From assembly GCA_020137815.1 (NCBI GenBank), contig CM035353.1, forward strand, positions 3,224,001 to 3,288,000: 64,000 bases of DNA. Reading direction: 5' to 3'. Below are positions 47,490 through 59,651 of this stretch, piece by piece (position 1 is the stretch's first letter; every line of letters begins with the position of its first letter). Both the position numbers and the translations under genes were made by a program. The stretch comes from Hormiphora californensis (Eukaryota; Animalia; Ctenophora). Under the pieces are notes generated by a model. The model did not search any database and had not been told where the DNA came from. It saw only the letters and a list, made by a program, of their open reading frames with translations.

Positions 47490-48895
47490 GTACATAACTC
47501 CCTCCCGCGCGGGCATCTAATCAATAGACGCACTGCAGAGCAGTGCGTCTATTGAGCTGTAATGCACGGGTCCCGAAGGGACCGTGCATTACAGCCCTAT
47601 AGACCCCGCCGGCTCAAATAGACGCACGGCGCGCTCAAACAATTTGCACTGGTCTATTGGGCCGTGCACTGCCGTGAGTTTGTATCTCGATAGACGCACG
47701 CCCTCTGACAGATTTGTGTAAAGATCACAAAGAATCATTGGAAACACGATAAAATGACTTGGTAACTCAAGAGGGAGTGCGTGTACAACATACAACACTC
47801 TCTGTCTAGATTTGGCGCCCGCCAGTCTGTTGCAACTGTTGCTCATGACCCACAATTAACTGTAATCTCTCTCTGCATTCCACGCTTTGAAACTGTGACA
47901 ACGATTGTTACGAGTGTGTAGGAATGTAGAGAGGCACTCTGTAGCTTCATTTCTAACTGTTTGACCCGTTTTGTGTGAGCTCTCTCTGTGTCAACCACCT
48001 AATTTGTGCTTGTTTTGCTTCTAGGTGCCCGCCAGCGGGGTCTATAGAACACAACTCCCTCCCTTACGTGCAGATATACCTGTAAACCCCTCGCTGACGC
48101 TCGGGATTTACAGGGCTGTAACACACAAACTCACGGCAGTGCACGGCGCAATAGGCCAGTGCAAATTGTTCGCGCGGGGCGGGCGTCTATTTGAGCCAGC
48201 GGGGTCTATATGTGCTATAACACCGGTGTGTATCTGTATATCGCGCCCCGCGCAGGGGGCGATATGCACGCATATCGGCTCCTTGCGGAGCAAGGAGACG
48301 ATATGCAATATATCGCCCCGAACGTAGTGAGGGCGATATATTTGATACACATAAGGTGTTATAGCATATAACGCCCACTGCAAGCAAGGAGAGAACAACT
48401 CTAATCCCCTTTCAAGTTTTTCAACTCAATTTGACAAACTATTCAACATCATCAAAGTTTCACAGTTCAACAACAAATAATGACACATGTGCTGCAGCGA
48501 GAGATAGGCAACATAACTCATGTCAACCCTTCAAATATGTTCCCTTTTCAACTCCAGACATGTCTAGACATGTCTAGATATTCACACACACACAAGCGAA
48601 CTATTGGGTGCTAATTAAATAGAGAGAGATAACGATTACCAATGTCTCTCTTGTCTCTCTCTCTCTCTTGTCGCCACTCTGTCGCCCCTTGTTGTGTCAA
48701 TCTCTCTCTCTTTGCAACAGTGTGTACACACAAACAAAAGAAAGAGTTTTCACACCTTTTTGGGTGAATTCTTGCGTGTAATAAATTGCACTTTTAGAGC
48801 GGGCGTTATGAGATTTATCACTTCGGATTCAGTCATATCAGCCCGCTACCGCGCGGGTGTTATTTCTCCAAAAAATGCGCAGTGGGCGTTATATG
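47490..48895. mobile_element. Unclassified non-coding repeat with nested inverted-repeat modules
   Basis: 47600-47682 is the inverted copy of 48124-48210; CATATAACGCCCACTG (~48365) pairs with CAGTGGGCGTTATATG (~48880); several short hairpins. Confidence 0.55.
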
Positions 48896-49349
48896 GTGGT
48901 AGGGTGAATGCAAAACGCAGTAAAGACTATTAGAGTTGCACCTTTCCTTACTGTAACTATGATCACATTTTCCATCCGGATCCCTACGAACGGTGGCTAG
49001 GTACATTGTAAAATTAGCACATGATTACTGCTTTTATTATAGTAAGGTGTGTGTTGAATTTCAAGTATTTTATTATTATTATATGTTAACTTGCTGTTAT
49101 ATGTTAACTTTATATTATATGTTAACTTGCTTGTTCAAAAAGTTTGTCCTCCATTTGCATTTTTCATTTAATTTTGGGATTTTTCCTGTAACCACTCAAA
49201 ACTGTACATGTTCCCAGTCTGTCGGCTCTCACACCGAAGTTCCGGTGTGAGCACTGAGCTTACACGAGCCCGAACAGACAGAAGGTCCTTCTTCCTTCAA
49301 GTTGAAGGTGCCTCCTCTAGAACAAATTTGCATTTTCACTGAAGAACAA

Positions 49350-49467
49350 GGGCGCGGTCAAACAGGCTGATCAAACTTGATCATTTAATCAAGCTTGGAG
49401 AGTAAAACTAAAACTAATTTATATCAAAGCGAAAACTATACTGTACCCGACTAATTTTGATACGCTG
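49350..49467 (+). mobile_element. Second truncated Harbinger-type MITE, direct repeat of 43428-43522
   Basis: Shares CTGATCAAACTTGATCATTT...AAACTAATTTATATCAAAGCGAAAAC...CTGTACCCGACT, then continues with AATTTTGATACGCTG as in the intact 7309 copy. Confidence 0.7.
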
Positions 49468-49624
49468 AGTCACGTAATCAAGAGTAGTGCAAATCTCAGG
49501 TAAGATTGATAGATTGGTTGGTTGTTATATTATTACTATTAGTAAGGGACTCTATTAGTTATTAATCATCCCGCCGCCCGCGTAAATCATGAGGCCATCT
49601 TATCCATGACACAGCCAATACTAG

Positions 49625-50976
49625 GATGGCAAGTCGGTGCTCAAGAATTTAGGGTAGTCATGAGGTCTTTAGGGTTCTGATCGGTAATTGAATTTAGGTA
49701 GCGATAGGTAGGTCTAATTTAGGTAGGTCCGTACGTTCGAAGTGCATTCGACATTAGGTTGATTAGGTCTGAGATCCCTTTCTTATCAACTCATTATACA
49801 GGGGTTGAGTAAATTTTTCTAAGGAGGGGCTTTGGGGGAAGGGGGCTGTTTTTTAATTTTTTTTAAAAGGAATTTTATTTTGTTAAGGGAACCAAAAATT
49901 TTTTCCCAGCCCCGACAAATGGGAATTTTTTAAAACCCAAAAAAGGGTTTTTTCAAGGAAGGCCGGGGGGGAACAGGAGGGGGTTTTTTGGGGCACAAAA
50001 AAATTTTAAAAGGGACGGGGGGGGGCAAAGGGGGTTTATTGGCTTTAAATGGTTTTTAAATTTTAAAAGGGAAAAGGGGCCCCGGGGGGTTTTGTGCGGG
50101 GGTTTGGGGGGGTTCCCCGTGGGGGGGGGGGTTTTTCGGGGGGGGGAAAAAATTTTCCCGGGTCGGGGGGAATTTTCAGTTTTTTTTTATTTTGGGTTGG
50201 GTTTGGGTTCTTTTGTTTTTAGGGATTCAATTGAATTGGGGTTTTGGGGTTTGGTGGTCGATTTTTTGGGTTTCAATTTTTTTATGATTTTTTGTTTTGG
50301 GTGTTAGGTCGTTCCCTTTTTTTTATTTCGGTTTTTTTTTTGTTTTTTAACACAAATATCCCTAAACCCCTTTTCCCTTTCCCTTAAAAAATTTATTCGT
50401 CTTATACCATTATCGCAAACCCCATGGGACCCTTTCAACTTTTAATTTGATTGAAAAAGAAGGGAAAACAAGTTTTTTTTTTTTGGGTTTAAAAATAATT
50501 GCAGAGGGAAACCCTTGTGCATAAATAATAAGTGAAATAGTAAAACAGTCCTAATTCCATTTGTGCAATAGGGAAACACGGTACCGACCTAATCAGTTAC
50601 CTACTTTAAGTAGTTATTAGTTCGGTGATAAAAATGAATTGCAAGGTTGATACGAGATCGAGCCCCGGTTCAGGACCCAAATTTGGTCTACCCGTTAATG
50701 GTTATACGGAAAGGGACGTGGGTTTTAGCGACCTAATCGGTGACTAAGATCGAATTGAAAAGAGTTATAGAGTAGGGACGCGGTTCAGCGACCTAACAGA
50801 AACCCAATGTGAATTGCAATGCTTTTATAAACGATCGGACGGACCTACCCTAAATTTAGACCCACCTAAATCAGACTACCCCAAAATTAGACCTACCCTA
50901 AATTCAGACCTACCCTAAATTTTGACCTACCCTAAATTGACCCACCCCAAATTCTGTCGAGTTCTACCGACTGCCC
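49625..50976. mobile_element. Degraded or low-quality inverted-repeat element
   Basis: TTTAGGTAGGTC sub-repeats on the left mirror GACCTACCCTAAA sub-repeats on the right; the interior is poor-quality sequence. Confidence 0.4.
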
Positions 50977-51289
50977 TAGGAGATTTGGGTTTCAGCGTTG
51001 AGTGGATAGAGAGATTTTGCTTTGGAATACTTCCCCTCCAAAAGAACCCGAGGTTGCAAAACCCGACAAAAAAGGGGCGGGGCGGAAGAGGGGAGGAGGA
51101 AGGCAGAGGCAGCAGCAGAGCAGGGACGGAAAAAGGAATGGGGGGGAAGGGGGGCCCCCCCCCGGGGGGGGCCCCCCCCTCCCCCCCCCCCCCCCCCCAC
51201 CCCCCCCTCTTTTCCTCCCCAAAAAATCTTTCCCCCTTTTTTTTTTCCCTCCTTTTTTCCCTTCCCCCCCTTTCTCCCTCTCTTTTTAC

Positions 51290-52321
51290 GCCCTTATTTT
51301 CGCATTTGATCCTCCCGTGCGCGGGAAGAGTTACTAACTAAAAGCACTGAAGTGTGTGTGTGTACCTCACCTCTATAACATAGTACAGTTGGTCCTACAG
51401 CTCCTGGCATGGTCCTTATGTAATTCCCCCTCCTGTTTCTACACTCTTTCGTTTAGTTACTTTTAGCTGGTCTCTCACAACTGCAGACGCAGCTTAAAAA
51501 AAGCAAGCAGTTTCCGTTTTTTAGAGAGAGAGTGCGTATTTTTTATTTTTTTCACCATTTTGGGGAGAAAAAAAGAGGGAGAGGGGAGAGGAGAGAGAGA
51601 GAGAGGAGGGAGAAGAGAGAGGAGAGGAGAGAGCCCCAGACCAAAAGGGGGGCAAAACCCTGTGAGAAAAAAAACCAGTTGAGAACCTAAGAAAGGAAAG
51701 CCTTTCCCCCCGGGGGGGGAAAAAAAAACCCCGGGGGGGGACCCCCCAAAAAAGGGGGTCCAAAAGAAGAAACGGGGAAAAGAACCCAAAAAAACCGGGG
51801 AGACCGGGGGAAAAGGGGGGGGAAAAAAAAAAGGGGGGGAAAAAAAAAAAAAAGAAAAAAACCCCGGGGGGCAAAAGGAAAAAAAAGGGGGGGGGGGAAA
51901 AAAAAAAAAAGGGGGGGGGGGGGGGGCCCCCAAAAAAAAAAAAAAAAAACCCCCCCCCCCCCAAAAAAAATTTAAAAAACACCAAACTCCCTCTAGCCAA
52001 AAATTTCCGAATTTGAACCTCCGGGGGGTCGGGGGAAAAAAGAGGGACTAACTAAAAAAAGGGGAAAAATTGAAAAGGTTTGTGGTGGGGTTTTCCCCAT
52101 TATAACATTGTACAGTTGGTTTTCAGTCCTGGCATGGGTTTAGTAATTCCCCCCCCCTGTTTTCAAAACTTTCGTTTGTACTTTAGCGGGGGTTTCCCCA
52201 CCAACGCGCGGCACGTCTTGAGAAATAGTCAAGCAGTTACACGTTATACCTAGAGAAGTGCGTCATTTGATTTTTAACATCCATTATGTCTTACGAGAAA
52301 GAGAGGGAGAGAGAGAGTGAG

Positions 52322-52354
<33 letters not shown>

Positions 52355-52358
52355 AGGG

Positions 52359-52401
<43 letters not shown>

Positions 52402-53070
52402 GAGTGTGTCTCGAGACCCAAAAATGGGGTTAAAACCTGCGAGAAAAAACCATTTGTAGATCACCCAAGAAAGGAAAGGGGTAAAAAGGGCAGGGGGGAA
52501 AAGGGCGCAAAGGGGGAGGGAAAAGGAGGGAGGGGAAAAGGAGAGGAGAGAGAGAGAGGGGGGAGGGAGCGAGAGAGGAGAGAGGAGGAGAGGAGAGGAG
52601 AGAGAGCGGGAAACGGAAGGAGAAGAGGAGAAGAAGCGGGTAAAAAGGAAAGTGGAGAGGAAACGATACGGGAGAGCAGAGGAGAGGGAAAAGTAGAGAA
52701 CCCGAGGGGGCGGGAGGGAAAAGGGTTTCCCCGGGCCCCCCTCCCCTCCCTTTTCTCTTTCTCTCTCTTTTCTCTCTCTAATCTTTCCCCCTTTTTCCCC
52801 TTTCCATCGCCTTATTTCCCACATTTTATACCTCCAGTGGTCGGAGAAAGACTAACAAAAGCATGAAGTGTGTGTGGGTACCTCACCCCTAAAATGACGT
52901 TGGGCACAGCTCCGGATGGTCCTTAGTAATCCCCTCTGTTTACACTTTTCGTTTTGTTTCTTTTTGTGGGCTCTCCCCCAAATGAGACGAGTCTTTAGAA
53001 ATAGTCAAACAGTTTAAAGTATACTTTGAGAAGTGCGTATTTTATTTTTAAAAACCCCTTTTGTCTTTCG
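51290..53070. repeat. Three noisy tandem copies of a ~750-bp unit
   Basis: Variants of GAAGTGTGTG..TACCTCACC..CTCCTGGCATGGTCCTTA..GAGAAGTGCGTATT recur at ~51340, ~52070 and ~52860. Confidence 0.6.
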
Positions 53071-53081
53071 AGAAAAAAGGG

Positions 53082-53203
<122 letters not shown>

Positions 53204-53260
53204 TCTCTGCAGCACCAAAAGTGTGTGTCTCATACCCTGCTGCCATGAATAAACCATGTA

Positions 53261-54336
53261 GGGGAGACTTGGCCATAACGGTATACCATCCTTTTTCCCC
53301 ATATATCTCCATTTCTACTGGCTCTTCCCCCTTCATTTTTATTTGGTTGTATTTTTCATTGTTAGATTTATCATTTCCCTGAAATATATCTTCCTACCTA
53401 CACCCAAAGATGAGCAACGGTACTATCCCATTTGGTTATAAAATTTATGCAGTGGCTAAAATTTTGGCGAAACGGGACATACATTTTTGGGTCAAAACGG
53501 GATATCCCATTTAACGAAGTTGCGTGTCCCATTTTGCCAAACCACTTTTAGTTTGGTAAGAACTTTAATTATATGCCAAGCACGGGGTTTTTAATTGGAA
53601 GTAAGCATAGAAATATTGTTTAAACATAAATTATTTGTGTTATGCACAAATGACGTTTTGTTTCCCGGCCGAAAATGGATGTATTATTGATGTCTATGCT
53701 TTAAAACTTGGTTTTTTTGATGAATTTTGTGCTATCAAACATTTTTTCGGCTGATTGCAATGTAACTTGCCATGGTTTCCTAGGTGGTTGCTATGGTAAC
53801 AAAACGATCCCAAGCAGTTGCTATGGTAATCAATAAAGATACTTAGATCTTAGGTCAAACGGGGATAGCAAACTTTGGTAAAATAGGATATCCCATTTTA
53901 GCAAATTTGGCCCAAATTTGGTAAAATGGGATATCCCATTTTGGACAAGGTGTAAATGTCCCATATAACCCAAACTGAACAACTTAACTATATCAACTAT
54001 TTAACAAACACTGTAATTTGAGAAAGGTTAAAAATATTTAAGGGTGCAAGAAAATTATACAGGCTAATATTTCCGCCCAAAAACTGGTAACAATCTACCA
54101 AGAGAGCTGTGTAATCGAGCTTAACACAAGATCAAATTTTCGACTTAGATAATTCTGTGGGAAACCACTTACACACGACACCATCTAATTGTCAGAAAAT
54201 GATAATAATCAATGGAAAATGATCCTTGAACAAAGAGGATCGTATTGTAGTGTTCAGTTTGTGTCTGAACCTTATTATCTTACGTACAGCCCAAGATCCC
54301 ATTTGGGCACACGTCCCATATTGGCCAAGTCTCCCC
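53261..54336. mobile_element. TA-flanked MITE with GGGGAGACTTGGCCA TIRs
   Basis: TA|GGGGAGACTTGGCCA ... TGGCCAAGTCTCCCC|TA, with internal ATATCCCATTT sub-repeats. Confidence 0.75.
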
Positions 54337-54408
54337 TATGTAGCATCACTCTAAGAAAGGAAAGCCTCTCTCGCTCTCTCTCTCTCTCTCTATATCTCGC
54401 GATCGCGA

Positions 54409-54447
<39 letters not shown>

Positions 54448-54541
54448 GCTATAGCACAAAATTCTCTTTCTCTCCCTCACTCAGTCTCTCTCTCTCTACT
54501 CTATCTCTCGCTCTCTCCTCTCTGTCCTTCACTGACTTTCT

Positions 54542-54659
<118 letters not shown>

Positions 54660-57635
54660 TATCTCGGAACACCAGTTTTAAATTTATGCTTGTGTAATCC
54701 AGTCAGGCGTACCATACTACTAAGTTCACAGCCGATAGCTACTCGAATTGTTATTATACGGTGTAGTATCTCGATTTATTTCCTACCCTATTTGTACTCA
54801 ACTGTCAAACTAGGGTTTGAGGGAAGATAAACTTCACCCGATATAGGAAATTAACAGTATTTCATCTTGCCTAGCTCGGCCCCCTTTTCGCGAGCTCCGA
54901 GGGTTAGATTGTATAAAACATAAAAAATTTCATTCCGATATACCATTATACCGGGCACCCCGACTTACCAGGCAAATCCCTTTCCCCGAGCATCCCGGTA
55001 AATCGGGGTCCGACTGCACAAACTATACAGAGGATAGATGCAGGAAGGAAGCAGCAGTTCAGAGGAAAGTGACTGGGAAAGTGATCCAGAGTTTTTACAT
55101 GGTAGGTCTCTAATTGATCAGATACATTTCTAATATATTATTGTGGCCTGATATATGGATTCCTTTCGCTCACTTCTAAGCTTTGTTTTAACATATTATT
55201 ATACGGAATTCTCCTCCTCCCTCCCAGCTTTGAGCTTGCCTTGCTCGACCCTGTTTCCCCGCGCCCGGCTCGGGACAAATAAAAAGGGGTTGAACAAAAC
55301 AACCCCCTCCCACATTTTGCATGCAGGGAAATGTCAAAATATTAGAACTCTAATTAATGTAAAAATTAGAACTCTTATGACCTCAATAATCTGCATGCTT
55401 GTAAACGGAAACCATGAGCATGAGGCCCTTATTATTTACCCTCTTGTTATATTATATATAAACCCGGGTGCTTTTTGTAAGTTGGTGCTTTTTGTAAGTT
55501 GGTGCTGTTTGTAAGTTGGTCCTTTTTGTAAGTTGGTAGTTTTAGCTTCACTCTATAGTCTATGACTGTCTGCAAGCGACTTAAAATTTGTTCATGAGCA
55601 CATGATAATTCTAGATAGAATTTTCTCTACACTAAGCAGTCAGTACAGTATTATAAGCTGACCATATTATTTAGGATTTTTCAAATCTTACCTCCATTTT
55701 TGGTTTCTCTCCCTTTTTCTGTAAACTTTTTTGAGTATAAGGGCCGTCTCACCCGATTACTCAACAACGAAAATGCTACAGACTATCCTCTTTGTGTGAT
55801 TATATAAAAGTCGACGAATATTATATAAAAAGTCGACGAATAATGAATATTATATACGTCGACACACCTGAACACACGAATACGCAAGTGAACCAGATCT
55901 GGTATATATCTGCGAATGTCATTGAGAATGAACTTGCTGAGCAAGATAGAGAAAAACACATCGATGTTAAATACTCTCTCTCTCTCTCTCTCCCTCTCTC
56001 TGCTCTCATTCACTGTCACATTTTCTCTCATCAGTAGGTACAGTTTTATGTGTGTTATGGGTATGGCATCAAGCAGTATTTAGCAAGATCTTTATTTTTT
56101 AATCTATCTTTGGGCTAAATTTGGGCTTAATTTTTCATTTGTGTAGTTTTAAAATGATGGTTCGAGATTGTATCATGAATATCTGTTTTTCTATATCCTT
56201 CATTTTACCTGTCTTTTTCGCACAAATTTAGACTCCGTCTTTCTAATTGAACGTAACTTACTATGTGATGCCAGATTGCTATAATTTTAGTCTTGCACAC
56301 ACTCCCTCCCTTTCTGATTCTCCATATCTTCCCTCTCCATCTCTCTCTCTCCGTCTCTCTTTTTCTCTCTATTTCAGCTCTAAGCCCAAAAAGTTAACAT
56401 GTATCCCAGACCCCTGCATCTCTTTATCGATTTGAAAACCGAGAATATTTATGGTTTTCTCTATATCGTTAATCGCGGTTATATATTATACTTGTACATA
56501 TATAATATATATATATATAACTAGGGTAATATATTGACTTTCCCTAGCAACTAAATAGAAACGTATGCCTCGATTTTCTTTATAAACGTTATAGCCATAG
56601 TCTCAATTATTTCCCTGGCGACAAGTGTGACGTGTGTGTACATATTATAGAAGGAAGGGTGAGGCTAGCTTATATTATGTATTTCTGGTTTTTTTTCTTG
56701 GTCAGTTTTACACATGTATATTTTGTCGCTATATGATATGTTGCACTGAATACAACACGTCATTCTCGTTCCGGATACTTTAGGGCCGGAATTAGGGCCG
56801 GAATTAGGGCCGTACCGGATAATATCGATATGATGTTATTAAGTGAAGGGAACTTTGCCTAGCTATACTGTGTTAGAACATAACAAATGGGAACTATAAT
56901 TAAATAGTTTCCTGTTTGGCAATTACGATTTGTGTTCTTTGTTATAGATTTGATCACCTGCTCTTTATCTAACTCCACTAGGGCACGGTGATTCTCATCA
57001 ATATTTGTAACATTTGACGGGTATTTTGTAACATTTGACGGGTATTATTGTGATATTAATTATTTTGACATGCTACATAATGTCCCTCGCAAAAAGGGAT
57101 GTGCTGTGAGAGAGTTGTAGTAGTCTATCTAGTAGCTGATACTATGCTTCTATTTTCCCCGTAATTCACCATCAGATTATGTTAATTGTTCAATACCCCA
57201 TACTGCAACAATATTATATTACGTGTGAAATGTTTATAATAAAAAATCAGCGGCCCGATTATATATAATTTTATTGTCCCCGGTAAGACGCCGAGAATAC
57301 ATTTCGTCACTTATAAAGGCGTGCTATTATATACTAGAATCCAGCGTGGGAAAGGAAAACGATGTAATAATAATTTCAATTAGTCCATTAGAAGTGGAGT
57401 ACTTATATGAGTGAAGTGGAATCGAAATTATTCTCTATCTCGATCTATTTTACCTCTGTATGAATCAGATCAGCTGTCTCTTACTCCAGTTCCTCTGTCG
57501 AGAAATCGTGATTACTGTAACTTTCCCAATTCCAACATTAGTACACCCAACATATAACTTCTCCTTCTTCTCCTTCTTCTCCTTCTTCTTCTTTTTCTTC
57601 TTCTTTAGCTTTACACTGCTATTTTGCTGTTTCAG

Positions 57636-57804
57636 AGCTCTATTATATATTCACCGAGAATCAGTATTTTAACTTCACCTATTTTACCCGACCTAGCTAT
57701 AGTTGCACTAGTCTTTATAACCATGAAAGTGCTCCTAAGGGGTATACCCTCTTCATCTCACCCCACGAAAAGGACGTCATGCACATGCTGGACCCTTGGT
57801 ATAG
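57636..57804 (+). CDS. Isolated candidate internal exon, product unknown
   Basis: Pyrimidine tract plus TTTCAG acceptor, open frame LYYIFTENQYFNFTYFTRPSY...MLDPWYR, AG|GTGTGT donor. No family recognised. Confidence 0.3.
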
Positions 57805-57819
57805 GTGTGTGAGTGAGCG

Positions 57820-58129
57820 CTGTCTGTCATGTCTGTCTGTCTGTGTGCCTGTCTGTGATTCTGTCTGACGGTCTGTCTGTCGGTCGGTCTGTGCGTTTGT
57901 ATGTCCTGGATGTGTGTCTGTCTGTCATGTCTGTCATGTCTGTCTGTCATGTCTGTCTGTCTGACGGTCTGTCTGTCGGTCTGTCTGTCGGTCTGTCTGA
58001 CGGTATTTGTGTCTGTATGTCCTAGGTGTGCAGTGTGTCTGTCTGTCTGTGTGCATGTCTGTGATTGTGATTCTGTCTGACGGTCTGTCTGTGTGTCTGT
58101 ATGCCATGTGTGTCTGTATGCCAGCTGTG

Positions 58130-58194
<65 letters not shown>

Positions 58195-58195
58195 G
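57820..58195. repeat. (CTGT)n microsatellite, degenerate
   Basis: Directly visible. Confidence 0.9.
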
Positions 58196-58219
58196 CATTT
58201 ATGGGGGTTTGGTGCAGAA

Positions 58220-58793
58220 GGTGGGCGGACTCTAGTGCTAACGGACTCTTTATCTAAATCCAAGGCGGACTCTATATCTAAAAACGGACTCTTTATCTAC
58301 AATTAGATTTTGAAAAAAGTTTAGAGTCCTCCTTGTGTAGACTTTTTAGATAAAGAGTCCGCCCTGTGTACAATTTTTAGATATAGAGTCCTCTAGTACA
58401 TTTTGGCGCCAAATCCTCCAACCCGGACTCTATGTCTAAAATCCTAACCCAACCCAAAACCTAACCCTAACACTAACCCTAACCCTAACATCGAACCCAA
58501 ATAACGGCCCTAACACTTCTAAATTAGTATAGGGGTAGAGCAAACTCTCGTTTCCGGCCTAACGGCCGAAATCTCGAGTTCGCGGCGAAAGGCGGACTCT
58601 ATATCTAATTTAGATTTATGTAGATATAGAGTCCACTTTGTTTAGACTTTTTAGATAAAGAGTCCGCCCTGTGTAGACTTTTTAGGTAAAGAGTCCTCCT
58701 AGAGTTTAGAATTATTTGGACTCTTTATCTAAATCTAAATTTAGATATAGAGTCCTCTTTAGACTTAGAGTGTAGCACTAGAGTCCGCACACC
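58220..58793. mobile_element. Mutator/MULE-type MITE
   Basis: Perfect 9-bp TSD GGTGCAGAA (58211-19, 58794-802); TIR GGTGGGCGGACTCTAGTGCTA / TAGCACTAGAGTCCGCACACC; many GGACTCTWTATCTAA sub-repeats. Confidence 0.85.
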
Positions 58794-59651
58794 GGTGCAG
58801 AATGGTTGGGAGATTGTAGATGTAATTTCCACTACGCGTATTGCGTAAGTGCAAGTGTTCATGCAAGTGTGCATCGGCTACTTGAACTAGAAGAGAGTTG
58901 CGCAAATTCTCAATGAAACATGTTAATTTACATGTTCATCTTATACCGGTCTGAAAGGCCACCGTTCCGTCAGAGAATCAAATAGGGGTATGGCGCCTCC
59001 AGACAGGCTTTATACCGGTCTGAAGAGCGAGCAACTTTTTGTTGTAAGATGGTCCGTCTGAATCTGATGAGGTGTTATTACAACACGCGCGATTAATAGC
59101 AGCTGGGGTGTTACACGCACTCTTTTAGTACCAAGTATGCCTGTCAGCATTGAGTTGCAGCTGAAACTGTGTTCGTGCTCCCCAAAGTATGCGAACAATT
59201 CAATGCGCCAGCCCAACAATGAGCTCTGGCAGAGTATTCAGTATAATAATAATAATAATAATAACTATGTTTATATTCCGCCCATATCCGACAGGGACAG
59301 AGCAGCGAAACTGCTGCTGTCACTGAAGGATGATCTGAACGGTTAATATACTGGTAAGACCTCGCCAACTTATCCCTAATAGAACAAAAAATAATAAAGA
59401 AAAATTACACCGGCTCACATTACTATCGGCTCACATAACTATCGGTGACTGATTACATAACAGACTGAGTTAGAGTCCTGGAACTCTAAAAATTGATATA
59501 AAAGTCCGTATATTGGAAACACAGAAAAACACTCGTGCTATGAAAAACCCCAATTTATGCTTCACACTTCTGCTCGCCACGAGCTTAAATACAGAAAAAT
59601 AATAAAAAACGGGTGCCAGCTAGAGCACATACCTCAGCAAGAAGGAGAGTG

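Noticed and set aside
49800-52900. Poly-P/G/F/K ORFs and extreme homopolymer runs (also 9870-10900 and 11500-12050)
   Set aside because: The pattern is typical of unpolished low-coverage sequence and is not interpretable as genes or G-quadruplex biology.
58443-58515. CCCTAA repeats as a true telomere or chromosome-fusion scar
   Set aside because: Short, degenerate and enclosed within a TSD-flanked MITE.
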